This document shows positions 1 through 11,284 of a stretch of 64,000 bases of DNA, one piece after another. Both the position numbers and the translations under genes were made by a program. The notes beneath the pieces were generated by a model that ran no database searches, had not been told where the DNA came from, and was given only the letters and a program-made list of their open reading frames with translations. Source of the DNA: Felis catus (Eukaryota); contig NC_058369.1 of assembly GCF_018350175.1 (NCBI RefSeq), positions 16,308,001-16,372,000 on the forward strand, written 5' to 3'. Each line of letters starts with the position of its first letter. The first letter of the stretch is position 1.

Positions 1-2123
1 ACCACTGCACACGGCAGCAGACTATCGAGGAAGAGAGAGCCACATTCTGGCCACCACACACGTGGGGAAGGGCTTCGCATACAGCCCTGCAAATGACAAA
101 GGCCTAGAGGCAGCAGATGCCCCACATGTTAAAGCAGTCCCCCACACAATGGGAACTGGACGGCCACCACCCCCAGGGTTTCTCTCTGCCCGCTCGTTTA
201 CACAAGCAGATGGCTAGGGGAGTGAAGGAGGAGACTCATCCGAGGAGTGAGTTGCCAGTCAAGGGATAAGTGATGGGGCACAAGTGAGCAGGACAGCTTA
301 TGGCTGTGGTCAGAAAGCAATGGACAGTGATGTCGCCTGGTACAACTCCAGCGCCTGCATTCGCAGGTCACCTCCCCGAGGTGTGCTCTCTGTGACCATA
401 TGAGAAAGTGAGTAGAGATGCTTGTCAACCCCCTCCTTGCCCCGCCCCACCCCCAACAGCAGGAGTGGGAGAAGAGGGAGCTGTGCTGAACTGGTTTAAG
501 ACTGAGATCTTGAACTGGACCATCTCGGACTGGTATTTAATAACTGAACATCGAGGACAGGAGAGGGAGAGATTCTGCAGCAAAGGCTGGAGACCAAGAT
601 TAAAGACAAATAAAAAGGGTTTTTTGGATCTAGCCTGCTGTCAAGGTTGGACTGGCCAACAAGCTGCTAACATGCAGTCACAGATCCTCATGGAGGCAAA
701 GCTAGACATGTGTTTACGACGTCAGAAGCTGGCATGATTCCAGAAAGTCTGTTTCCCTCAGCAGCTCAGTGTGCAATGCCAAGCAGGGCATCAGGGACTC
801 AGCAGCAGTAACCAAGGCCTGTCCTTGCCTAGAGAGGGTCCCTGATGGCGGTGGAGGGGTCCACTGATAAACAGACAAGATTAATAGCCTATGATGACCC
901 CGACACATTAGTGGAAACATCTGGTGTGCCCTGCCTCACAGAAACACCCCCCACACACACACCATTGATGTTTTGGCTCATTCTGCTATGTCCCAGGGCT
1001 CCTGGTACCATCAGGTGTAGATGGTCAGCTCCCTTGCCACAGACTTCCGCGGCTAAATACCTTTACCCTCAACCAGGGTCTTCCCCACGGGCCCCCACAT
1101 CTCCACTGAGTTTTGTCCTGCCTTGCTTTCTCAAGGCTCCACTCTTGCCCATGTCCCTATCCAATGGCTTGCTGTCCTATTTTCCATTTCCCCCCAAGGG
1201 GGAGCCGCATTTCCAGCTCTTCTCACATGCTGTGGTAGGTCCGTGGCTATCTTGTGATTTGGATTACAGCCTGCCCCAATGGGGGCTGTTCCACTTTGGG
1301 GGGGAAGAGGAGTTCCAGCGGCTTGCCCTCTCCTTTCTCACAAAGCTGAGGGCCCCATGGAGCCAGGGTCTTGCAGAATGAGCCTCACCACCTAAAAAGT
1401 GACAGTCCTAGGGGGCGGGGTTGGGCTTCACCGCCACACTCCGCACCCTCAGTGTGTTCCCCAGGCTCGGGGAACAACAGTCCTCAGAGCTCACATCCAA
1501 GACACAGACTCCCACCTCCTTACACAGGATTTGCAGGATTCAGCCTGGAGATGCCAGCACCAAGGACAGCGGTTCAGTCAGAGGGGAGCCATGATGGATT
1601 GTTTGGGGGTGTGAGGTGTCGCGGATCAACCTCGCCATAGACACAGCATCACCATCACACACACAGGGAACACTCAGTGGCTAGAGTCTACTGAAAACCA
1701 GTATTGAACCCTGGCTCCACAAGCCACCTAAGTCCCCTGGGCCTTGGTTTCCCGTTGTGAAATGGAGACACTGGTAAAGGCCACCTCACAGGGTGTTGAG
1801 ACCTTACAGAGGGTGAACAGTCACTCATAGCTCACACATTGTCATCCTAAGTCCTGGTTCTCCTAGATTGCACCTCCCAAACAAGCTCATCTGATCCCCG
1901 TCTGTTAGCTTGTTCCCCGATTTCTAACAAGACTCTTCCTTCATGTTCACGGTCACCCTTGCCAACTGGAAGTGCTTCGACACTATCTGGGCCCCTAAGT
2001 TGGTACACTGTGCAGTCTGGTGAGGATGTGCCCAGCAGGATATGGGCAAATTCAGGAAGGAGGACAGAACCCAGGCAAAGACACCCCCTCCCCTGCCCCT
2101 CTCCCATGTCCCAAAAGCCCTAC

Positions 2124-2205
2124 CTTCTGAAAAGAGGGAATTTCCAAGTTTGGCAGAAGAAAATGGAGATGTGAGGCTCTGAAGATCTCCTGGCCCACAT
2201 GCCAT
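2124..2205 (-). CDS. PRSS46: Serine protease 46, first coding exon (gene continues off the left edge)
   Basis: gccATGG at 2205 encodes MACGPGDLQSLTSPFSSAKLGNSLFSE, matching the recalled human PRSS46 N-terminus (MACGPGDLQSLTSPLSSARL...). Phase-1 donor GAAG|gtaggg at 2123. Position 3' of PRSS45 fits the cluster order. No downstream exon found in 1-2123. Confidence 0.82.
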
Positions 2206-3223
2206 GGCTAGCAGGTGCCTGACCTACACTGGCCCTCATAATAGGACGTGGGGGCAGGGTGGGGCAGAGCATCTCTACTGTGTGAGAATTCTAGAACTCA
2301 CAGTTTGTTTATTCATGGTAGCAGGGACTGGGTCTCTGCCCCAGGGTTTAGGGCTCACCCAGCTAGGGCAGCGGCAGGATCCTGGGAAGGAGACAGTGCG
2401 GTCATGGCAAGGTCCCGCTGGGGCCACAATAGAGGCTGCTGCTAGGCACCTCCCTGGAATGATGCCTCTGGTACCCTGAGCCCATGACAGCACCTGCCAT
2501 CTGGCCCACAACAGTACCCCCCGGGCTCAGCCTTGGTCTTGATGCTGCTCCTCTATGCCCAATCCTGAGCCCATGACAGCACCTGTGGACCCCAGTGCCC
2601 AGTCCAATCTCCTTCATGAAACCCTCTTCAGGGCACCCGGGAGGTGTGGAAACTGAGGCACTGAGAAGGAGATGGCTAGTTCCTGCTGTGGGTGACTGAA
2701 TAGAACTGGAGTTTTCCTTTTTCCCCCAGGTTCTGCATTTTCAAGAAAACAGCTCCTGGGTAGAGGGAGGCCCAGTGTTTGGGGCCGTGGAACGTGGCTT
2801 TCTAAGAGGAAGCAGCTTGTAAGCCTGGGTCTTCATGAGTCATCAGAATAAATGACTTGGGTCCCCTTCCCACCACCCCACTGAGGTCCCTCCCCAGGGC
2901 TCCCACGCTCCTCACACTGTCCTTTAGGACCACTCCCTTCTGCCGCACCCCATCACCACTGCTGCCGAGGACTCAGGGTAACGAAGCTGCTCCCAACACT
3001 GCTGGGGGAGGGGGATGGTCCAGGCCACTGCTGTCCTCACTCTGGGATCATTTAGTAAAGCAAAGTATGTGCCCCACAACCTGCATGTCCCCTTCTGCTT
3101 GTGTGCCCTCCAAACAGACATGCACAGATACAGCAGGAAAGATCCAAGAGACGGCTCACGGCAGTGCTGCTGGATAGAGCCCCAACCGGAAGCTACCCGA
3201 CAGCCATCAAAGGTGGGATGGAA

Positions 3224-3428
3224 GGGGCGCCTGGGTGGCTCAGTCGGTTAAGCACCTGACAGTTCGTGGGTTCGAGCCCCATGTCAGGTCCCATGTGCTG
3301 ACAGCTCAGAGCCTGGAGCCTGCTTCCCATTCTGTGTCTCCCTCTCTCTCTGCCCCTCCCTGCTTGCTCATGCTCTCTCAAAAATAAATAAACGTCAAAA
3401 ACAATTTTTTTAATAAAAAAAAAAAAAA
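3224..3428 (+). mobile_element. SINEC_Fc-type SINE
   Basis: ggggcgcctgggtggctcag head, CT tract, A tail; TSD aaagg(t/c)gggatgga. Confidence 0.9.
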
Positions 3429-4000
3429 GGCGGGATGGAGGCTCACAATTACTCACCCAAACGAAAGCGGACCACCACACGCAGCAACACGGCCAATCCC
3501 ATCAACGTACTGCTGAGGGAAAGAAGCCGGACACAAAAAGGTACATACTGTATGAAACCAAAAACAGAGACACATGGCAGAAAATCAAGGAAATGATTAT
3601 CCCTACAATCAGATTTACCCTCGGGGGAAACAGGGAGTAGGAGGGGGGGGGGGGGAAGAAGAAAGAAAGAAAAGAAAATCCAGAGAAGAAAAACCCTATC
3701 TACTCTTCTGCCTTTGTGGAAAATAATACTCTAGGGGGATCAATCAATGAAACAAAATAAGACAGTTCAATGAAGACCATCATATCTATCATCATTACCA
3801 ATGTGAATACAACCCTCTACTTTTAAAAGTAAAAGATTCTTAAAATGGGTAGGAAAAAAGTCTACTCATGTGCTACTTATCAGGGACCCACCTAAAACAT
3901 ACTGACCCGAAGCAGCTGAAAGCAAAAAGACAGGCAAAATATAGTGAGTATATACAAGTGAAAATAGAAATGGCAATGTTTATCTCTAGAAATGTGATTC

Positions 4001-4166
4001 GGGGTGCCTGGGTGGCTCAGTCAGTTAAGCGTCTGACTCTCGATCTCAGCTCAGGTCTTGATCTCAAGGTTGTGAGTTCAAGCCCCACGTTGGGCTCCAC
4101 ACTGGGCGTGAAGCTAAGAAAGAAGGAAAGGCAGGAGGAAGGAAAGAAGGAAAGAAAGAAACAAAC
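4001..4166 (+). mobile_element. Carnivore SINEC (short form, GA-rich tail)
   Basis: tRNA-derived head; TSD aaatgtgattc. Confidence 0.8.
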
Positions 4167-4984
4167 AAATGTGATTCAGGTCAAAAGCTTCAAACAGAAA
4201 AAGAAAGTTACTTTGTGTTGGGAAAAGATGAAAATGCCAATGACTACATAACACCATAGAGTTCTGTCCACTTATCACATTGCATCAAACCTAGAAAGCA
4301 AAGTCAATCAGCGATATGTGACAAACTGAAAAACCTCACCTGTAGGGGACAGTCTTCTCCAGTTCCGTCTTTGGGGGATGGAATTTCTATAAAAATCAAC
4401 CGCACACTAGACTACTGAGAACATCACAATAACTTCCCTAAAAGCTGAACAGTTTGGGCCACACTTTTATACCATGATGCAATCAATGAAACAAAGATTT
4501 AATAACAAGAGTGAGCAACTTATCTGAAGTTTTTAAAAATAAACTTCGTTAACTTATTTTGAAGAAATAACATTCTATAAACTCTTTAGAAAAATGTTAG
4601 TAATTAGAGCAATGCGTTAAAAACTTACTAGATGTGTTCAAGGCAAATCCACAATCTTAAAGGTATTTATTATTGAATAACAAAGAATGAAAGTGAGTTA
4701 AATGCTCAAACCAAGAAACTACAAAAGGTCTAAAATAAATCTAAGGAAAACCTTTAGGAAACATATACAAAACATAAAATTATATATCCCCTCATCAGTT
4801 AGAACAGCAGAGTTAGGAATGGATTCTATGATCCAGATCTTTGAAAAAGCAAATACCATCAAAGGCAAATTTTATATGGATAGGGTATAAGCCACCACAA
4901 TGGCACAGTGAACATGTACTTTGCTCTCTTAGCAACATAGCTTTGAAAGAGAAAGCAAGAATTGCTAGAACTGAAAAAGAAGTC

Positions 4985-5197
4985 TTTTTTTTTTAATGTT
5001 TATTTATTTTTGACAGAGAGAGAGACAGAGCATGAGCGGGGGAGGGGCAGAGAGAGAGAGAGACACAGAATCTGAAGCAGGCTCCAGGCTCTGAGCTGTC
5101 AGCACAGAGCCCGATGCGGGGCTCGAGCTCACAGACCGCGAGATCATGACCTGAGCCAAAGTCGGCGGCTCAACCAACTGAGCCACCCAGGCGCCCC
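4985..5197 (-). mobile_element. SINEC_Fc-type SINE
   Basis: Reverse-complement head ...cccaggcgcccc; T tail. Confidence 0.9.
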
Positions 5198-5734
5198 TAA
5201 AGAAATCTTAACTCTTGTGGTAAACCTCTCAGAAATCAACTGATTATATAGACATAAGATATCTGAAGTGTCGAGAGGACCTGAATAATACGATCAACAA
5301 ACCTGATTCAAGCAGTTATGGCTAGAACTTTGTTTCAAAAGACACAATGCTTTCATTTCAAACACACATGAAACACTCACTAAAAACTGACCAAATACTA
5401 GGCACAAATAAAACCCCAATAAATTCCAAAACACAACAGTAATTAAATCCACATTGTGATATAAGTTTTAATAGCGGAGAAGAAAGGAAGTCCCCATCCT
5501 CCCCCAAACAATCCATCAGGAAATTAAAGAGCACCCTTCTATGTACACCTTGCATTAAATAAGAAGTATAGCATGAGGTTTAGCAATGATATTTACTGAT
5601 AAGTTTTGCCTAATTGTTCCCTGTGTAATCCCCAGTTATAACAAACCATCACTTTTTCAGATTAATAGGATATGGTGGAAAGTCTGGGCTGCAAAATATT
5701 TTGAAATAAATTCTATACAAAACATAATCATTCT

Positions 5735-5923
5735 TTTTAAAGTTTATTTATCTATTTATTTTGAGCAGGGAGGTGCAGAGAGAGAGGGAGAGCGAGTTTC
5801 CCAAGCGGGTTCCACGCTCAGCACGGAGCCTGCCATGGAGCTCGATCTCACAAACTGTAAGACCATGACCTGAGCCAAAACCAAGAGTCGGATGCTCAAC
5901 CGAATGAGCCCCCCAGGCGCCCC
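5735..5923 (-). mobile_element. SINEC
   Basis: Reverse-complement SINEC consensus. Confidence 0.85.
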
Positions 5924-7798
5924 AAGAATTACTTCCACATAAAAGAAGAAATATGACTACAACTGCACGAAACAAACATTACATCATAAAGTTTGGATAA
6001 AATCTTCCTTAAAAATGTATGTCGCGTGAAATTAGAAACAATATAGAAATGAATCAATGAGGTCAGTACCTACCAAATCCTGTGAAACATGGTCAAAGTG
6101 AGAGTCAGAGGAGATTTCACACAGATAAGTGAAAATATCAGAAATCAAAGAAGTCTGTAATAACTGACTAAGCACACTACTCAAGAAGTTAGAAAAAGGA
6201 CAGTAAAATAAGTCCCCCAAGAGTAGACAGAATTACTAAAGCTAAAAGAGCTTTAATTAAATAAAAAGCGGCAGCAGATTTGAGCACTAAAACCCAAAGT
6301 TAGTGTGTACCATTCAGGAGTCCCCAAATAAGAGGCTTCAAATTTGTCTCCTCTCCTCATTGGTGGTGGCTTCATCCTGAGTTGGTTCCTTTGTTGAAAA
6401 ACAGTTTGCCAGGTGATGTACCGAAGTGCCGAATCACTATAACTCCTAAAACTCATATTACACTGTATGCTACCTCACTGCAGTTTAAATTAAAACTTTA
6501 AAAAAAAAAATGGTTGTCAACAGCCCACATCCTTCTGCTTCCTCATCCACATTCACAGAAAGAGCGTGCATGCCCCTCTTCTAACCACGCCTTACGCTGG
6601 CTGGGTGACCCAACTGGGGTCAGGTGGCGGGGGCACTGCACTATGCTAACTCGATCAGACCAGTGAGCCACTCCTTCTGGGAGCTGGGAGTGTGATAGCT
6701 TTCCCCTAAAGAACATGAGCAGCACAGCAGAGGGGGTGGGCCGCTGACCAGGACGTGGGGTAATATGAGGGTCGGATGGATACCATGAAGCTAAGTAATA
6801 AGGTATGCCAGATGGATTTCTAAAAACACCTACGAAACACAATAAGCTGGCAATTGTAATCTTTAAGTATTGAGAAAAGGTCAAGAGTACATATACAAAT
6901 GTTAGAAATGGGAAAGAAGCCATAGGTTCAAATTTTATACATCAGTTTGAAATGTAAGAATCTAAGTTAAAAAAAAAAAAAGAATCTAAGCTAAAGTAAG
7001 TGATTATACTAAAATTTATGCAAAAGAAAATGAGAAACCCAACTCAGCCAATAACTATACAAGATAGTTTTTAAAGAGTCAAAGATTCGTTTGTCCTTTA
7101 AAAAGCTATTAGGCCCAGTGAGTTTTATGTGCACAATTTATCAGACCTAAGGAATAGATAATGCTGCTGTTACAGACACTTCTCTGGGACATAGGAAAAT
7201 ACCAGAAAGCTTCTCAACATGTTTTAAGAGGCTAGCACAGCAATGACACCAAACTTGAAGAAACAGTACAACAGAAAGGAAAGGTGTAGACCAATCCAAC
7301 ATTGGGGAAGAACTTCTAAACAAGATTCCAGCAAATTGAATTCACAATGTGTTATGGAATTTACCTAAGAAATCTACTAAGATCTGGTAATGAATTTCAT
7401 TATGAGAACAAATTAAATAAGAGAAACCATATAATCATCTTAATAGTTCATTACTGCATCCGCAGGGCCCCAAACAGTGCTGGACACAGAGAAGTCTCTG
7501 TGAAACAGACTAGTAACTATCTGTGAAACAGACCAAGACTGAGATACACACATATCCCGCACCCCCCACATCGCGGCTATTTCACACTGTGTTGAGGGTC
7601 ACAGGCAGAGATGATGAAATAAATGGTGCAATTTTCAAAAAGGACAAGACGTAGCTGTCACCATTTTAGGTAATTTGATTAGCCAAAAATAAGGCAAAAG
7701 AAATCAACTGAGAAACTGTTGAATTAAAGTAAGTCAGTTTGGCAAGATGACCAGGAATCAAGATCACTATTTTTTTTTTTTTTAAATCAACAGCTTTA

Positions 7799-7957
7799 GG
7801 GGCACCTGGGTGGTTCAGTCCATTAAGTGTCTGACTCTTGATTTCAGCTCAGGCCATGATTTTGCAGTTCACAAGTTTGAGCCCCACATCAGGCTCTGCG
7901 CTGACAGTGCAGAACCTGCTTGGAATTCTATCTCCCTCTCTCTCTGCCCCTCCCCCA

Positions 7958-7990
<33 letters not shown>

Positions 7991-8540
7991 AAAAAAAAAA
8001 AAAAAACAAACTTTAAATAAGTAAATAAATAAATAAATGGCTTTAAAATACCTAACATAGGGGCGCCTGGGTGGCGCAGTCGGTTAAGCGTCCGACTTCA
8101 GCCAGGTCACGATCTCTCGGTCCGTGAGTTTGAACCCCGCGTCAGGCTCTGGGCTGATGGCTCGGAGCCTGGAGCCTGTTTCCGATTCTGTGTCTCCCTC
8201 TCTCTCTGCCCCTCCCCCGTTCATGCTCTGTCTCTCTCTGTCCCAAAAATAAATAAAAAACGTTGAAAAAAATAAAATAAAATAAAATAAAATAAAATAA
8301 AATACCTAACATATAAAGTTAGAAAAAAATAAGGGCCCCTGGGTGGCTCAGTCAGTTAAGCCTCCAACTCTTGATTTTGGCTCAGGTCACAATTTCACAG
8401 TCCATGAGTTCAAGCCTTGCATCAGGCTCTGCACTGACAGTGAGAAGCCTGCTTGGGAGTCTCTCTCTTCTTCTCTCTGTCCCTCCCCTGCTCATGCACG
8501 TGCTCACTCTCTCTCTCTCTCTCAAATATTTTTTTAAAAT
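7799..8540 (+). mobile_element. Three tandem SINECs (7799-8038, 8060-8302, 8333-8540)
   Basis: Three heads and tails; the middle young copy has TSD aaaatacctaacata. Confidence 0.9.
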
Positions 8541-9528
8541 ATATAATGGGAAAAGATATCACCCACAGTAAACATAACCAAAATTTGTAAAAACCAAACT
8601 CAGTATGTTTCCAGACATCCTGGAGCAGAAGAGCTGAATGAATGGAGACATATACCACATCCCTGGTTAGGAACTCAACATTGTGAAAATGATAGTTCTC
8701 CCAGTATTAGCCTGTGTGTTTAATTTCGATTCAAATACCAACAGCACCTCTAATGGAAATTGACAAACTGATTGTAAAGTTCACATGGAAGATAAACTGT
8801 AGATTAGGCAGTATTTTTTTTAAAAAAGGGGGAGCTTTTGCTACCATTTCACAAAACATAACATAAAGCTATTTGAAACAGTACAGCACTACCCTAGGGA
8901 CAAACAGATCACTGGGAAAATAACAGAGGTTTCAAAAACATACCATGAATAGATTAAGACTTCCTTATTGTGAATGCAGATTTTCAAATCAGCAGGGAAA
9001 AGACAGACTCTACAAGAAATAGTATCAATGGAACTGGCTCGCCAGTTGGAAACAGAGTCAGATCCCCACCTCACACCACACATAAACAGAAATTTCAAAC
9101 GGATTACAGAGTTATACGCACAAAAAAATAAATTTATCAAAATAATAGGAGAAATATGGGAAGACAGCTCTTATAATCTAGAGATGGAGAAGGCCACCTT
9201 CAGCTAGGTGCAAAATCCATAAAGAAGTAAAGACTGACAGATTTGACTCCATAATAATTTTAAAGGTCTTTATGGAAAAATTCCATAATTCCATCTACTC
9301 CACATGTTTCCAGAAGACAAGACAATATTTGTAAAATAACTGAGCAGGGCTCAGTATTCAGAAAAGACAAACCCTTTCGTAAGAAAAAGAAAAGCAACCC
9401 AATCTTAAGAATAGGCCAAGTATATGAGTAGAGGATTTACTAGAGAAAAAGTATATCTTTTTATGAGCAAACACATGAAAAGATATTTTTCCAATCAAGA
9501 AAATCCAAATTAAAACAGCAATGATACA

Positions 9529-9754
9529 GGCGCCTGGGTGACTCAGTTGGCTGAGCGTCCGACTTCGGCTCATGATCTCACAGCTCGTGAGTTCAAGCCC
9601 CACGTTGGGCTCTGTGCTGACAGCTCAGAGCCTGGAGCCTGCTTCGGATTCTGTGTCTCCCTCTCTCTCTCTCTACCCTTCCCCCACTCATGCCATGTCT
9701 CTCTCTGTCACTCAAAAGTAAATAAACTTTTTAAAAATTTTTTCAAATAAAAAA
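9529..9754 (+). mobile_element. SINEC_Fc-type SINE
   Basis: Consensus match; TSD cagcaatgataca. Confidence 0.85.
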
Positions 9755-10805
9755 GGCAGCAATGATACAACTTTGTATCATTGGATGGGCACATTTTTAG
9801 AAGGTTAATAATATCCATTTTTGGCAAGAGGGGAAATATTTACCCTCCTGTACTGTAGGTATGAATGTAAACAGGCTCAGCTTTGGGGGAGGAATAGATC
9901 TGGTAGTACTCATCCAAAATTATTAAATTTGTGTTTCCTTTGATGACCATCCTCCCCTCAGCCCCTCGGGAAGACAGCTGCAGAAATGTTTCAGAGCGTG
10001 CCATCCCCCACCCCCACCACGCACACGCACACACACACGCAGGAGGATGTTAATGGCAGCACCACCATCATGCTGACAAGTCAGGACAGCCTAAAATTTG
10101 GTGCTGGTTAAATAACGTATGTCATACCCGCGCAGAACCCAGGCAGGAAGGTAACATTATGAATAGCCCTAGGTATTGACATAGAAAGTGTTTTAAGGTG
10201 TGTAATTTTTTAGTGTAGGCTATTAATAATACATATATAAGATCTCATTTATTTTTTAAAAATCATAAAGACATTTTATTGAAGGATGCCAGCAGAAATT
10301 ACTCCTGGGAAAGGCAGCGGCATGGGTGGCTGAGAGAGGGGATTCTTTATATGTATTTCTGAACACTTTCAGTAAATCACAATAAGAATGTATTCAGATA
10401 TTACTTGTAAACAATCTTTAAAGAAATTTTTAAAAGCAAAAAAAACATGTAACCCTAACCCTAACCTTAATCCTAAATTTTTATAATCAGTTTTTAGTGC
10501 CATTTTTAAAAAAAGAAAGCAAGCTATATTTGGAGCACTTTATGTGGGTCCTTCCTACTGTCAGCCTACAGGGCATGCTTCGGCTGCCCCTTCCAGCCGG
10601 CCCACTTTACAGATGAGGAAACTGAGGCCTGAGGCCCAGGCCCTTTCCCTATGGCCCTGGACTAGTGATATAGCAAAAACCATCAGCCTCCACTCTGGGG
10701 AGTCTGCTGACAGAATGAATTCTAAGAGGCCCTGCCCTCCCACCCACCCTAACCTCCCAGGGTCGCCCAGAAAAAAAGAACAGAGCCAGCTCACATTTGC
10801 ACAAA

Positions 10806-10811
10806 TTTAAT
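10806..10811 (-). terminator. Candidate PRSS45 polyadenylation signal ATTAAA
   Basis: First PAS-like hexamer seen, ~260 nt after the stop codon. Confidence 0.4.
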
Positions 10812-11068
10812 CCCAGCTATCCTGGTCCCCAATTCCAGAGCTCTTCTAGGCCACACGTCCCTTTTCCTGGTCACCCAAGGCCTAGTCATCCACCGCATCC
10901 CTCCCCATGGGGAGGCCAAAGCAGGGCCCCATCCTCCCGGGGGCCACTCTCCCCACCTTGACTCTTGTTGAATACCGACACAGGAACTGGGTCTAACCTT
11001 GACCTGGACCCATAAAGCACAGGCAAAGCAGGGAGAAGAGAGAAGAGAGATCAGGGGCCCATCTGGGG

Positions 11069-11284
11069 CTACAGCAGCCAGAACAGGAGTAGAAGCCAGG
11101 CAGAGGTCTGGGGGCCTGAGAGAGCCCCATTACTTATTTGCTGCTTGATCCATTTGCTGTATTTGGTGACACGGGTGTACACGCCAGGATTCTGCGCTTT
11201 GGCACAAGCCTTCTCCCAGGACAACACCCCGGCCAGAATCCATTTGCCCTCGACTTCACAAGCCAACGGACCCCCAGAATCCCC
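11069..11284 (-). CDS. PRSS45: PRSS45 exon 6 (catalytic Ser, hydrophobic tail)
   Basis: [23 protein letters not shown]...PGVYTRV...WLLLLFWLL*. Confidence 0.93.
   Translation of the reverse strand, partial: GDSGGPLACEVEGKWILAGVLSWEKACAKAQNPGVYTRVTKYSKWIKQQISNGALSGPQTSAWLLLLFWLL

Larger units (their letters stand above)
3470..10400 (+). mobile_element. Degraded old LINE-1 (L1M) fragments interrupted by SINEs
   Basis: A-rich; L1 ORF2-like remnants such as DPHLTPHINRNFKRITEL at ~9060; boundaries approximate. Confidence 0.6.

Noticed and set aside
1..101. Minus-strand acceptor-like site followed by a frame reading HVCGG, a possible PRSS46 exon 2
   Set aside because: The HVCGG frame does not fit the phase-1 splice from exon 1. 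The compatible frame hits a stop, and there is no WPW or AAHC motif.
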